NCBI GenBank assembly: GCA_041664625.1
Contig: JBAYKK010000005.1
Coordinates: 1 to 56,792, forward strand
Reading direction: 5' to 3'
Origin: Minisyncoccota bacterium
GTDB taxonomy: Bacteria; Patescibacteriota; Minisyncoccia; Phycocordibacterales; WO2-35-19
Length of the DNA: 56,792 nt
Shown here one piece after another: positions 7,651 through 17,584 of the stretch (its first letter is position 1; every line of letters starts with the position of its first letter). The position numbers were made by a program, and so were the translations under genes. Under the pieces are notes generated by a model, which saw only the letters and a program-made list of their open reading frames with translations, searched no databases and was not told where the DNA came from.

Positions 7651-9597
7651 TTAAGGGAAGCTTATATCAGCAGTTCTCCAGTCAGTCTCACCAGACATGA
7701 AGGTTGATGCCGAAAGAACTCCGGTAGGACCAACCCAGTTGATGTTTTCAAGACCGATTGCATACAGACCTGAGGCAGCAGCAGTACCAACTGTTGCTGT
7801 TCGTCCTTGGATCAAATATGTAACTGGAACAGTAACTTCGCTACCCTCGGCCAACAAACAACTAGCTGTGCCAGTTGTAACGCAGGTTGAAGGAATAGTG
7901 AACGCAGTAGATGTAGAGTTACTCAAAGAAGTAACTGCAACACCATTTTTGTACACCACGAAGCTAGCATCTGAACCATCATCTTCAAACAGAGGACTGC
8001 CTGAAGCAATAGTACCTAGAAGAATATCTCCACCTACAGCTTTAATTTTGACGCTAAAGGAAGCAGTCAAAGTTGAAGTAGCACCTGCAAGAGTTGAACC
8101 TTGAGGAGTGTTTGAGGTAGTAATACTCTTTGAAACCAAAGAGAGTTCAGGACCAGATTTCATTATACCAATTGAGTAACCAGTAGCAGAACCACTATCA
8201 GTAACTGCATCACCTTTTGAATTCTCATCAGTGATTCCAGTTGAAGAAGCGGTAACTACGAATCTAGCATCAGTGGTATTTGCATCTCGAACATCCATCT
8301 TGACTGTGTAAGTCTTAGTAGTGTCCTTTGCAATAGTCTGATCGAAATCAGAGAAGATATAAGTGTTAACACCTGTTACACTAGCTGCATCAAGTTCTGT
8401 TGAACCATCATATAGGTAAACAGTAGATGACGCTATAGCTCCTCCAGTTCCACTCTTTGCAACACCAATTTGAAGGTCAGTGATTGTCACTGCGTCCTTT
8501 TCTGCCTTAGCATCGAAGACCAATACTGTGAGTCTGTCACATTCATCTTCGGTTGTGTTTGAAGTACAAACAACATCTTGTTTTTTAGGACTTGATGCGT
8601 TCAAAGACAAAGCTAAAGTAGCAGAATCAGTCAAGTCAGCTGCAACAGTTGGAGTAGCAGCAATAGAGGCTGAACCAGCATAGTCATCTATACCAGCTCC
8701 GTCAACTGCGCGAACACCATCTGTGGCAAGAGCAACTGTGTAAGTCTCGGTATCAAAGTCAGCTGAATCAATAGAACTTTGAGCATCTAACTTAATCAAG
8801 TAAGTTTTGGAAGTGCCCTTTGGAACAACTGAATTAAAACCAGAAACGGTCACCAAATAATCAGTTCCATCCTTGGTAACTGTTGAAGAATTAAGATCAA
8901 TAGAAGCGAGAACATTGCCTCCTTCTGTTACATACAACTTTTTGAATATTTTGTTGTAGAACTTAGTGTCGGAAGAAGTTACGTTTTCATCCAAGTCAAA
9001 CTTCATTCTTTGAACTGCCATGTCAGAACCAGTAGCGGTTACCTTGACCCCCAAAACAGAAGCCATCGAATCACCTTCATAAACAGTGGATACAGTTCCA
9101 GCACTTGCTTCTACAACAGAAATAGAACCTTCCATTCCAGGAGTAGTTATACCAACTGAACCACCGGTAGTAGTACCACCAGTTGTTCCGCCAGTAGCGT
9201 TGATCTTAGCTCTAGTGATTGGACCAAAGTATCCAGCAGCAGGAGTGATCCCAACTGAAACTTGATATTTAGCCAAAGCAGATTGAGTCAAAGAACCAAA
9301 GTAACCCATAGCAACGCCAGCTGGCATTACCAAGTGTCCTTTTGATACTAACCATGTTTGTAAAGCGGAAACTTCTGCACCTTTTGAACCAACAGTTAAG
9401 TCAGTTGTGAAAGTTGTAGCAGCGCCAGTAGTAGTACCACCAGCAACTTGTGCTTGAAGTTGTGCGATCATAGCAAGCAAGCTATTGATCTGAGCTGTAA
9501 GTTCAGCAGTAGTTTGAGCGGAGACAGGAACTGCCACCAAGCTCAAAACCATTGTGAAAGCAACAGCACTTGCGAACAATTTTGATTTTAAATTCAT
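7651..9597 (-). CDS. Secreted S-layer-like surface protein with N-terminal peptidoglycan-binding domain
   Basis: Signal peptide, coiled AQINSLLAMIAQLQ, DLTVGSKGAEVSALQ..L...GYFGSLTQSALAKYQ...GYFGPITRA; Thr/Ser/Gly-rich body. Confidence 0.85.
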   Translation of the reverse strand: MNLKSKLFASAVAFTMVLSLVAVPVSAQTTAELTAQINSLLAMIAQLQAQVAGGTTTGAATTFTTDLTVGSKGAEVSALQTWLVSKGHLVMPAGVAMGYFGSLTQSALAKYQVSVGITPAAGYFGPITRAKINATGGTTGGTTTGGSVGITTPGMEGSISVVEASAGTVSTVYEGDSMASVLGVKVTATGSDMAVQRMKFDLDENVTSSDTKFYNKIFKKLYVTEGGNVLASIDLNSSTVTKDGTDYLVTVSGFNSVVPKGTSKTYLIKLDAQSSIDSADFDTETYTVALATDGVRAVDGAGIDDYAGSASIAATPTVAADLTDSATLALSLNASSPKKQDVVCTSNTTEDECDRLTVLVFDAKAEKDAVTITDLQIGVAKSGTGGAIASSTVYLYDGSTELDAASVTGVNTYIFSDFDQTIAKDTTKTYTVKMDVRDANTTDARFVVTASSTGITDENSKGDAVTDSGSATGYSIGIMKSGPELSLVSKSITTSNTPQGSTLAGATSTLTASFSVKIKAVGGDILLGTIASGSPLFEDDGSDASFVVYKNGVAVTSLSNSTSTAFTIPSTCVTTGTASCLLAEGSEVTVPVTYLIQGRTATVGTAAASGLYAIGLENINWVGPTGVLSASTFMSGETDWRTADISFP

Positions 9598-9842
9598 AAA
9601 TTTTATTTCGTCCGAAACCTCACTTTTATTTTAAAATTTTCGTGAAATCCCAAACAACTAATAATTAATAATACTAAACTAATAACAATTTAAACTAACT
9701 CTGTAATCTCTTTAAAATCGACAAGAAATTACAGATCTAGTTAACAAAGGAATTTTACCGCCTAAAACACAAGCTTGCAAAAGCAAACATGTGGATAAGA
9801 CGGTTAACAACAAGTATTACATATTATAAGAGTAAAAGCAAT

Positions 9843-9909
9843 CCCGTAGTAGATTTTGGCATTGTGGCAAAGCCACAGCACGAAGTGCAATGCCAAAATT
9901 CACTATGGG
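9843..9909 (+). repeat. GTAG-type REP-like palindrome, copy 2
   Basis: Same arms; inner TGTGGCAAAGCCACAGCACGAAGTGC. Confidence 0.9.
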
Positions 9910-9915
9910 ATAACT

Positions 9916-10638
9916 CTATATAATAGAATACTTGCTCCATCTCCTTTCGCCGGTTTTCTTTATTTTACCCTCATTTATAAGTACCATAAGCTCTCTTTGA
10001 ATAGTCTTCTCGCTACAGCCGTTTATATGCGGTACTATGTCCTTTATACTAACATTCGTATGTCCTTTAATAAATTCTAGGACAGTGCTTTTCCTCAAAT
10101 CTTTTCTTTTGTGTCCATTAGTGCCACCTGAAGTATTTGGACTCAAAATTCCAGATCGATTCGTTTTAATATTTTCTACTAAACTTTTAGGTTCGTTTGC
10201 AGTATTCAAACTATGAGAAGTCCCCTCTGCACTCATAAATTGAGATTCTGTAAACAGATTTTTTACAGATACGTTTTTATTATTTTCATAATTATCTGAA
10301 AATTTATTGAGCTCTGAAATAAAAGATTGGAATTCTTCTTTCAAGATATTGCCATTCATTTTGGAAATCAAACCAGAGACCGAAGCTATGTCTAACATAG
10401 ACATAAGTTCTAAAGAATTTTTTTCAATATCTAAAATTAATTTTTTGGTGTCTAGAATATTTACGTCTTTTAAATTAACAGACACGGAAACTAAGTTTAG
10501 AGACAAGTTTTTTATCTTGGTCTTCAACTCTTGGTCTTGTTCTATAAGATTAGATATCATGAACACTGCTGCCGCTAATCTATAAGATTTGTTATATATA
10601 AATACAAAATCGCTGTTTTTTGTGACTATTTCATTCAT
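9916..10638 (-). CDS. Helical-bundle N-terminus plus C-terminal winged-HTH (DeoR-like) protein
   Basis: C-term RKSTVLEFIK...VSIKDI....CSEKTIQRELMVLINEGKIKKTGERRWSKY. Confidence 0.8.
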   Translation of the reverse strand: MNEIVTKNSDFVFIYNKSYRLAAAVFMISNLIEQDQELKTKIKNLSLNLVSVSVNLKDVNILDTKKLILDIEKNSLELMSMLDIASVSGLISKMNGNILKEEFQSFISELNKFSDNYENNKNVSVKNLFTESQFMSAEGTSHSLNTANEPKSLVENIKTNRSGILSPNTSGGTNGHKRKDLRKSTVLEFIKGHTNVSIKDIVPHINGCSEKTIQRELMVLINEGKIKKTGERRWSKYSII

Positions 10639-10800
10639 GTTTTAATTGATTTTTATCGTATAAGACATTGGTCAATAAGACTTTATTTGTCTTATACATT
10701 CTTAATGTCTCTTATATTGTATACTATCAGACACTAAAAGTCAATAGACTAACTTATGACCTTATAATTAAGGATATTCTGTCCTTTATCGTAAGTCAAC

Positions 10801-10867
10801 CCCGTAGTGAATTTTGGCATTGCACTTCGTGCTGTGGCTTTGCCACAATGCCAAAATCTACTACGGG
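10801..10867 (-). repeat. GTAG-type REP-like palindrome, copy 3 (inverted relative to copy 2)
   Basis: Reverse complement of 9843-9909 with one difference. Confidence 0.9.
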
Positions 10868-10935
10868 GTCAATCCCATTTGCATGTCAACAATTTGTTAA
10901 TCCCTTCGTTACTTCGTATATGTTATTATTTGGGT

Positions 10936-13143
10936 ATGGCGAAGAAAAATAAGAAACCCGAAAACAAAAATAACGGTACCGATTTTGGATTAAAAAAATT
11001 AAAAGAAGAAACCGTCTCTTGGATATTAGCGATCGTATTTTTTGCTTTATCTATATTTTTTATTTTGGCCTCTTTTGATAAAGCGGGTTTCGTAGGTACT
11101 GGAGTTTTCAATATTTTTTCTAAACTTTTTGGTTTTGGATATTTCCTACTGCCCGTAGTCTGTTTCATTTTGGGTATTTCTTTCACTAAATCAATCAAGC
11201 GATCTTTTGGCGCCACTCGATTCATCGGGGCTTCTTTGTTTTTTATATCATCTCTAGCATTGCTTGATTTTTTGTTTGCTCAGTTTGGCTTAATCAAAAA
11301 AGGCGGGTTGGTCGGGAGCATCTTGCAGACCCCTTTAGTCAAACTCTTTGATGTTTATGCTACTCCAGTTATTTTGATAAGTTTAATGATCATAAGTATC
11401 TTGGTTATTTTTGATGCTTCTATAAATATATCTTCTTTATTAAATATTTTCAGAAAGAAAAAAGACGAAGAAGAGGAAGAGACAGTAGAACCCAAAGAAG
11501 TCAAAATAACTGACGGCAATATTGATAACAATGTCAAAATCACTCCCCCACCAGCACCCGTCATGGCCAAAAAAATACAAGCTCAAACAGAAGAAAGTAA
11601 TGACTTTGGTATCCGCAAAAACAGCATCTCTTCCAAACCTTACGCTTTCCCACCACTGTCTCTTTTGGAGAGGGACAAAGGCAAGCCCGAAGTCGGAGAC
11701 ATCAAAGCTAACTCCAATATCATCAAGAGAACTTTGCAAAATTTTGGCATTATCGTAGAAATGGATGAAATATCTATCGGCCCATCAGTGACCAGATACT
11801 CTTTGAAACCAGCCGAAGGGGTGAAGCTCTCTAAAATTTTGGGGCTACAAAACAATTTGGAACTAGCCCTCGCTGCCCACCCTGTGCGTATCGAAGCCCC
11901 TATCCCCGGCAAATCTTTGGTGGGTATCGAGATCCCTAACTCAGTCAAAACTATGGTCGGACTCGGCTCACTCCTATCACAAGCTGGTTATACTGATACC
12001 GAAAAATCTTTGACAGTCGCTTTAGGTAAAAGTATCTCTGGGACCTCTATATTTGCCAACATCGCCAAGATGCCTCACTTACTTATCGCGGGGGCTACCG
12101 GTAGCGGTAAATCAGTGACTATCCACGTGATGATAAACTCTTTGCTTTTCCGCAACTCACCCGAAAATTTGAAATTTATAATGATTGATCCCAAAAGAGT
12201 TGAGCTCACTCAATACAATAAAATCCCCCACCTCCTCACACCAGTCATCACTGATGCCAAAAAAGTGATCATGTCTTTGAAATGGGCCGCCAAAGAAATG
12301 GATCGCCGTTATGATATTTTGGAATCTAACAAAGTGCGAGATATCGAGTCTTACCATAAAAACATCCTCGCTCCCGCTCTCTCAGTCAAAACCAAAGACG
12401 GTCCGGAAATAATGCCTTACATAGTGATAGTGATCGACGAATTGGCAGACATCATGCAGGCTTACCCAAGAGAGTTGGAATCAGCCATCATACGCCTCGC
12501 CCAGATGAGTCGCGCGGTTGGCATACACCTCATACTTTCTACCCAAAGACCGAGCGTCAACGTCATCACTGGCCTCATCAAAGCCAACATCCCTGGTCGT
12601 ATTGCTTTGCAAGTGGCTTCGCAATTTGATTCTCGAACTATTTTGGATATGGCTGGAGCCGAAAAATTACTCGGCGCCGGTGATATGCTCTACAGCTCTG
12701 GAGAAATGTCCAAACCGATCAGACTTCAGTCCCCCTTCATATCTGAAAACGAGGTTAAAAAGGTAGTAGAATTTTTAGTTAAAAATAATGAAGACGAGAT
12801 ACCGACTGGCATAGATATGGAAGCCGATAATTCCAAAAATATCATTTTTGAATCACTCACTTCGGGCGGTGGCGGAGAAGACGAAGATGATTTGTACGAA
12901 GAAGCTAGAGAGACGGTCATACGCGACGGCAAAGCCTCAACTTCATATTTACAAAGGAAATTACGTATCGGTTATGCTAGGGCCGCTCGACTGATGGATA
13001 TTTTGGAAGAAAACGGAGTAGTCGGTGGTGGCGATGGTGCCAAACCTAGAGATGTGCTCATAAAACCAGAGGGCATATCATCTACTGGCGAAACAGGATT
13101 TCTAACGGATGAAACACCAGAAAAAGAAAATGAATTGCTATAA
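10936..13143 (+). CDS. ftsK: DNA translocase FtsK/SpoIIIE
   Basis: N-terminal TMs, PHLLIAGATGSGKS Walker A, IVIDELAD, RAVGIHLILSTQRPS, gamma domain ASTSYLQRKLRIGYARAARLMD; ATG 10936 preferred because the track start lies in a repeat. Confidence 0.97.
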   Translation: MAKKNKKPENKNNGTDFGLKKLKEETVSWILAIVFFALSIFFILASFDKAGFVGTGVFNIFSKLFGFGYFLLPVVCFILGISFTKSIKRSFGATRFIGASLFFISSLALLDFLFAQFGLIKKGGLVGSILQTPLVKLFDVYATPVILISLMIISILVIFDASINISSLLNIFRKKKDEEEEETVEPKEVKITDGNIDNNVKITPPPAPVMAKKIQAQTEESNDFGIRKNSISSKPYAFPPLSLLERDKGKPEVGDIKANSNIIKRTLQNFGIIVEMDEISIGPSVTRYSLKPAEGVKLSKILGLQNNLELALAAHPVRIEAPIPGKSLVGIEIPNSVKTMVGLGSLLSQAGYTDTEKSLTVALGKSISGTSIFANIAKMPHLLIAGATGSGKSVTIHVMINSLLFRNSPENLKFIMIDPKRVELTQYNKIPHLLTPVITDAKKVIMSLKWAAKEMDRRYDILESNKVRDIESYHKNILAPALSVKTKDGPEIMPYIVIVIDELADIMQAYPRELESAIIRLAQMSRAVGIHLILSTQRPSVNVITGLIKANIPGRIALQVASQFDSRTILDMAGAEKLLGAGDMLYSSGEMSKPIRLQSPFISENEVKKVVEFLVKNNEDEIPTGIDMEADNSKNIIFESLTSGGGGEDEDDLYEEARETVIRDGKASTSYLQRKLRIGYARAARLMDILEENGVVGGGDGAKPRDVLIKPEGISSTGETGFLTDETPEKENELL

Positions 13144-13516
13144 ATTTGAAAGTGGCTTTAATATAAAACTATTCCTGATTATTGCTTCAGTATTATTGTT
13201 AGTAACTTACGGTATATTTAATGCTAGAAATTTGATAACCGGCCCAACAGTTGAGATATTTAGTCCAGCAGAAAATACCGAAACGACAGAAAACAATATC
13301 GAAATAAAAGGTCAAGCCAAAAATACAGCTTTTTTGAGCCTCAACGAAAAACCCATTTTTGTTGATAAAGAAGGGGTATTTTCAGAAAAATTGCTGCTTT
13401 CCCCCGGGTCTAATATAATTGAAATCAAGGCCAAAGATCGATTTAAAAAAGAATTAACCAAAACCATCAAGATATATTATAAACAAAGCACGACGACGCC
13501 CCCTATATTAGAGTAA
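13109..13516 (+). CDS. Membrane-anchored Ig-like hypothetical protein
   Basis: TM then GPTVEIFSP...IEIKG...[20 protein letters not shown]; true start may be slightly downstream. Confidence 0.7.
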   Translation: MKHQKKKMNCYKFESGFNIKLFLIIASVLLLVTYGIFNARNLITGPTVEIFSPAENTETTENNIEIKGQAKNTAFLSLNEKPIFVDKEGVFSEKLLLSPGSNIIEIKAKDRFKKELTKTIKIYYKQSTTTPPILE

Positions 13517-13529
13517 TAACAAAACAAAC

Positions 13530-14621
13530 ATGGCAAAAAAAGAAAAAAAAGAAGCGCGCAAAACTGATTCCGGAATAGAAGATGCTCTGAGAGAAATAAA
13601 AACTAAATTTGGTGACGACTCCATAATGATGCTTGGAGAAAAACCACACGTCGACATAAACAGCATTTCTACCGGATCTATCGGGCTTGACTCGGCTCTT
13701 GGTATTGGCGGTGTCCCCCGTGGCCGTATCATTGAAATATTTGGACCAGAATCTTCAGGCAAAACCACTCTTTCTTTGCACATAATCGCTGAGGCTCAAA
13801 AATTGGGAGGTATCTGCGCTTTCATAGATGCCGAACACGCGATGGATCCAGAATACTCTCAAAGATTGGGAGTCAAAGTAGATCAACTACTCATCTCTCA
13901 GCCAGACAACGGTGAACAAGCCCTCGATATCGTTGATTCTTTGGTCCGCTCTGGCAAATTGGACGTAGTCGTTATCGATTCAGTAGCGGCTCTCACCCCA
14001 AAAGACGAGATCGAAGGTGATATGGGCGCTTACCACGTCGGCAAGCAAGCCCGTCTCATGTCTCAAGCACTCCGCAAACTCACTGCCATCGTCGCCAAAT
14101 CCAAAACCGTAGTGATATTCATCAACCAAATCCGTATGCAAATCGGCGTGATGTTTGGTAACCCAGAAACCACTCCAGGCGGTAAAGCTTTGAAATTTTA
14201 TACATCGGTCCGTTTGGATATCCGCCGAATCGCTCAAATCAAAAAAGGTGAAGAAATCATGGGTGGTAGAGTCCGTGTGAAAGTGGTCAAAAACAAAGTC
14301 GCTGCCCCTTTCAAACAAACCGAATTCGACTTGATGTACAACGAAGGTATTTCCAAAGAAGGTGAGATGATCGCTTTGGGTGAAAAAATGGGAATTATTA
14401 AAAAATCTGGCACGAGCTACGGTTACTTACCTATCGGCGCTACTGCCAAAGATGAAGTGAAGCTTGGTCGAGGTTACGACGCCACTCGCCAATTCCTCAA
14501 AGCCAAAGAAAATAAAAAAATAGCTGAAGAAATCCTCAAACTCATCCGCAAACGACTCCATGAAGACACTAGCCCCGTCGCAACAGTCAAAGAAGAAGCT
14601 GAAGAATCACCAGAGGAATAA
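13530..14621 (+). CDS. recA: Recombinase RecA
   Basis: [44 protein letters not shown]. Confidence 0.99.
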   Translation: MAKKEKKEARKTDSGIEDALREIKTKFGDDSIMMLGEKPHVDINSISTGSIGLDSALGIGGVPRGRIIEIFGPESSGKTTLSLHIIAEAQKLGGICAFIDAEHAMDPEYSQRLGVKVDQLLISQPDNGEQALDIVDSLVRSGKLDVVVIDSVAALTPKDEIEGDMGAYHVGKQARLMSQALRKLTAIVAKSKTVVIFINQIRMQIGVMFGNPETTPGGKALKFYTSVRLDIRRIAQIKKGEEIMGGRVRVKVVKNKVAAPFKQTEFDLMYNEGISKEGEMIALGEKMGIIKKSGTSYGYLPIGATAKDEVKLGRGYDATRQFLKAKENKKIAEEILKLIRKRLHEDTSPVATVKEEAEESPEE

Positions 14622-14661
14622 AATTTGTTTTTTTGTTTTCTGTGTGATAGCCTCTTAATAT

Positions 14662-15222
14662 ATGTTGGAATACAACGAAATTACACTTGGAAAAGTGATC
14701 ATATTTGATAATGAACCTTGGGAAGTTATCGCTTCTCACGTTTTCCGCAAACAACAGAGGAAACCAGTCAACGCCACCAAATTGCGCAATCTGATTTCTG
14801 GCCGAGTGACCGAAAACTCTTTTCACGTATCAGAAAAAGTAGAAGAAGCAGATATTGATTACAAAGATATTAGATTTATTTACGAAACCAAAGGCGAATA
14901 CTGGTTCCATGAAGACGGCAACCCATCCAAAAGATTCACTCTCAAAGAAGAGCAAATCGGCCAAGGTGTTAAATTTTTGAAAAAAGATGCTATCGCCAAA
15001 GCTATGGTTTTTGATGAAAAGATTATTGGCGTGAAATTACCTATCAAAGTAGAACTCAAAGTAGTAGAAGCTCCACCCAATATGCGAGGCAACACCGCTC
15101 AAGGCGGAAACAAAGTCGTCAAAGTAGAAACCGGCGCTTCAGTCAACGCTCCCCTTTTCATAGCTGAAGGAGACACTATCGTCGTGAATTCTGAAACTGG
15201 CGAATACGTGTCAAGAGTTTAA
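14662..15222 (+). CDS. efp: Elongation factor P
   Basis: KLRNLISG, VVEAPPNMRGNTAQGGNK..KVETGA.VNAPLFI.EGD.I.VNSETGEYVSR. Confidence 0.95.
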   Translation: MLEYNEITLGKVIIFDNEPWEVIASHVFRKQQRKPVNATKLRNLISGRVTENSFHVSEKVEEADIDYKDIRFIYETKGEYWFHEDGNPSKRFTLKEEQIGQGVKFLKKDAIAKAMVFDEKIIGVKLPIKVELKVVEAPPNMRGNTAQGGNKVVKVETGASVNAPLFIAEGDTIVVNSETGEYVSRV

Positions 15223-15242
15223 CTCCACCCTATCCTAAAAAT

Positions 15243-15338
15243 AAAATAGTTCTCGAACGTGCCTATGCGTAGGCAAACGTGCCGAGCATAGCAAATTTCA
15301 GCAGAAATTATGCGACGGCTAAGCGAGAGAACTATTTT
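15243..15338. repeat. 96-bp structured repeat with terminal inverted repeats, copy 1 (copy 2 at 54790-54885)
   Basis: 94/96 identity between copies; ends AAAATAGTTCT...AGAACTATTTT. Confidence 0.92.
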
Positions 15339-15346
15339 ATTTTTTA

Positions 15347-15556
15347 TTATCTGCTCAAGTAAGGCAATAGAGCCATGAAGCGAGCGCGTTTGATAGCTAC
15401 AGCCAATTTCTTTTGGAATTCAGTAGATACTCCAGTTTTTTTCTTGGAAAGCATACGAGCATGAGGGTTTATAAACTTTTTCAAAAGTTCAGTATCTTTG
15501 TAATCCACGTACTTGATGCCGTTTTGTTTGAAGTAACAATTTTGTTTAGTTGTCAT
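15347..15556 (-). CDS. rpsR: 30S ribosomal protein S18
   Basis: VDYKDTELLKKF...QKKLAVAIKRARFMALLPY. Confidence 0.98.
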   Translation of the reverse strand: MTTKQNCYFKQNGIKYVDYKDTELLKKFINPHARMLSKKKTGVSTEFQKKLAVAIKRARFMALLPYLSR

Positions 15557-15575
15557 AATATTTATTATTTAATTT

Positions 15576-16028
15576 TTAAAAAGGGATATCTTCAGAATTA
15601 ATTTCTTCTTCTGGATATTCTATCGCTGGAGCTTCAGTTTCTTTACCTTTTGATTTATCTGAAGTCTCTTTTGGTTCATAAGTGCCACCAGTAGTCCCGC
15701 CACTCTTTGGGCCAAATTGCATTTTGTCGGCTACGATTTCAGTCCTGTATCTCTTGGTACCATCTTGGGCATCCCAGCTTCTGGTTTGAATACGGCCTTC
15801 CAAAAATACTCCGCTACCTTTGTGCAAGTATTGCTTGATAAGTTCACCTTGTTTACCAAAAACCACGATATTGTGATAGTCAGTTGATTCTTGTCTGCTA
15901 CCGTTTTTGTCTTTCCAAACTCGGTTGGTAGCTAATCCAAATTCACATACTTGCGAACCAGAAGGCAAAGCCTTTAATTCTGGATCTCGAGTCAAGTTTC
16001 CGTAAAGAATAACCTTATTTATATACAT
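15576..16028 (-). CDS. ssb: Single-stranded DNA-binding protein
   Basis: NKVILYGNLTRDPE...EGRIQTRSWD...DIPF tail. Confidence 0.98.
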   Translation of the reverse strand: MYINKVILYGNLTRDPELKALPSGSQVCEFGLATNRVWKDKNGSRQESTDYHNIVVFGKQGELIKQYLHKGSGVFLEGRIQTRSWDAQDGTKRYRTEIVADKMQFGPKSGGTTGGTYEPKETSDKSKGKETEAPAIEYPEEEINSEDIPF

Positions 16029-16043
16029 AGATTTATATTATTC

Positions 16044-16529
16044 TTATAAAGTTTGATCGGTGACGAGCTCATCGATGCTTTTATCAAGTTCTGCTTCTGT
16101 CGCTTTTGGTTTTTCAACATATTCTTCTCCTTTTTCTTCCTTTGGAGTTTCTTTTTTGTAAGTTGGAATCTTGGAAACACTCATGGTATTTTCTTTGACC
16201 GTTTTAACAATTAAAGATCTCAAAACATTTGGGAGGCTTTCAATTTTGTTTTTTATATCCAATACTTTTACCGGTTCTACTTCAAATTTCACCCAACCAA
16301 AATACGCTTTGCTAAATTTTTGACCTTTAGAATTGATATTTTTGGAAATATCATAAGCCAACACCAAAAGTTTTGGCACTTCTTCGGAGATGATCAATCC
16401 CTCGTTTTCTTCAATAATAGACTTTATTTTTGAAGCTTCGGTTAATATTTCTGACTCTTCGACGGTTGGTAAAAAATGATAGGCTACTTCGTAGACCAAA
16501 TTATCATTTTCTTCGTTTTTTTCGTTCAT
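16044..16529 (-). CDS. rpsF: 30S ribosomal protein S6
   Basis: YEVAYHFLP...LAYDI...AYFGWVKFE...VLRSLIVK; first gene of rpsF-ssb-rpsR. Confidence 0.92.
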   Translation of the reverse strand: MNEKNEENDNLVYEVAYHFLPTVEESEILTEASKIKSIIEENEGLIISEEVPKLLVLAYDISKNINSKGQKFSKAYFGWVKFEVEPVKVLDIKNKIESLPNVLRSLIVKTVKENTMSVSKIPTYKKETPKEEKGEEYVEKPKATEAELDKSIDELVTDQTL

Positions 16530-16535
16530 ATTTTA

Positions 16536-16602
16536 ATCTCAGACGGCTTCCCTCGGAAGGGACAGAGATGTTTTATAATAATGGTCACCTCGGGTCTGAG
16601 AT
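16536..16602 (-). promoter_or_regulatory. Candidate S6:S18-binding leader RNA
   Basis: ATCTCAGAC/GTCTGAGAT stem just 5' of rpsF with CCG next to the stem on the sense strand. Confidence 0.45.
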
Positions 16603-16624
16603 AAGCAATTTAACACAATAGAAC

Positions 16625-17584
16625 TCAAAAAGCAATCCCAAAAACTCTTTTGGCATTATTTAAAATTGCACTATTTAAATCTTCAAAACTTTCCCCCCTG
16701 ATTTCAGCCAACTTTTTAATCACCTCAATCACATACACCGGTTCGTTCCTCTTGCCTCGGAAAGGCACTGGTGCCACCCAAGGCGCATCAGTTTCAGACA
16801 TAATCAAATCTTGAGGAATGTATTTGATAACCTCATCATAATCATGTGTACCCTCCTTCGCAGAGCTTCGGCGAGGTAAAAATGTAACAACTCCCGTGAA
16901 AGACATAGCAAAATCCAAATCCAAAAATCTTTTGGCCACTGTCACATCCCCAGCAAAAAAATGTACATCCCCTCTCAATTTTTCTCCATAAGTTTTATGA
17001 TAACTTTCCAAAATATCCAAAGCATCATCATACGCATCCCCGCCCGCAACGCTCTCGCTCGCGAGGCGGGCAGGTCTCACGTGGAGCATCAGAGGCTTGT
17101 CGTGTTTTAAAGCAAATTCAATTTGCTCTATAAATAATTCTTTTTGCTTGTTTTTTTCTTCTTGGACTAAGCTACCTTCGCCAAGGCTTCGGTGCTCAAA
17201 GTAATCCAACCCGCATTCCCCTATAGCCACCACTTTTGGACTTTTGACTAATTCTTCAAATTCAACCTCATCCCATCCCACTTCGTGGGATCGCCCTTCC
17301 CCTAGATGCAGGGGAAGGGCTTCATTCTTACCCTCTCCTGCTTCTAGGAGAGGGTCGTTCCGCACAGCGGAACGGGGTGAGGTTATATGATCTGGGTGCA
17401 CACCGATGGTCGCCCAAATATTTTGATTAGCTTCGGCTATCTCTACTGCTTTTTTAGAATTTTCCAAATCTGTACCGATAGTGATCGCTCCCACTCCAGA
17501 CTCTTTCATCCGCGTCAAAATAGCCTCTCTATCAGATTCAAAATCTTTTGAGTCCAAATGACAATGTATATCTATGTATTTCAT
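16625..17584 (-). CDS. tatD: TatD family hydrolase with several in-frame palindromic insertions
   Basis: DIHCHL, TIGVHP, IGECGLDY, LMLHVR, VHFF, ETDAPW, RNEP. Confidence 0.93.
   Translation of the reverse strand: MKYIDIHCHLDSKDFESDREAILTRMKESGVGAITIGTDLENSKKAVEIAEANQNIWATIGVHPDHITSPRSAVRNDPLLEAGEGKNEALPLHLGEGRSHEVGWDEVEFEELVKSPKVVAIGECGLDYFEHRSLGEGSLVQEEKNKQKELFIEQIEFALKHDKPLMLHVRPARLASESVAGGDAYDDALDILESYHKTYGEKLRGDVHFFAGDVTVAKRFLDLDFAMSFTGVVTFLPRRSSAKEGTHDYDEVIKYIPQDLIMSETDAPWVAPVPFRGKRNEPVYVIEVIKKLAEIRGESFEDLNSAILNNAKRVFGIAF

Noticed and set aside
10035-10090. Repeated ATGTCCTTTA and GGACAGT resembling the transposase palindromes
   Set aside because: They lie inside the wHTH coding region and are explained by codons (KDI, KGH).
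10807-10935. Extended N-terminus of FtsK, and similar extensions at 41132 and ORFs 1463-1702 and 9856-10080
   Set aside because: These are translations of the GTAG repeat (MNFGIAL.../CNAKIHY) and not real coding sequence.
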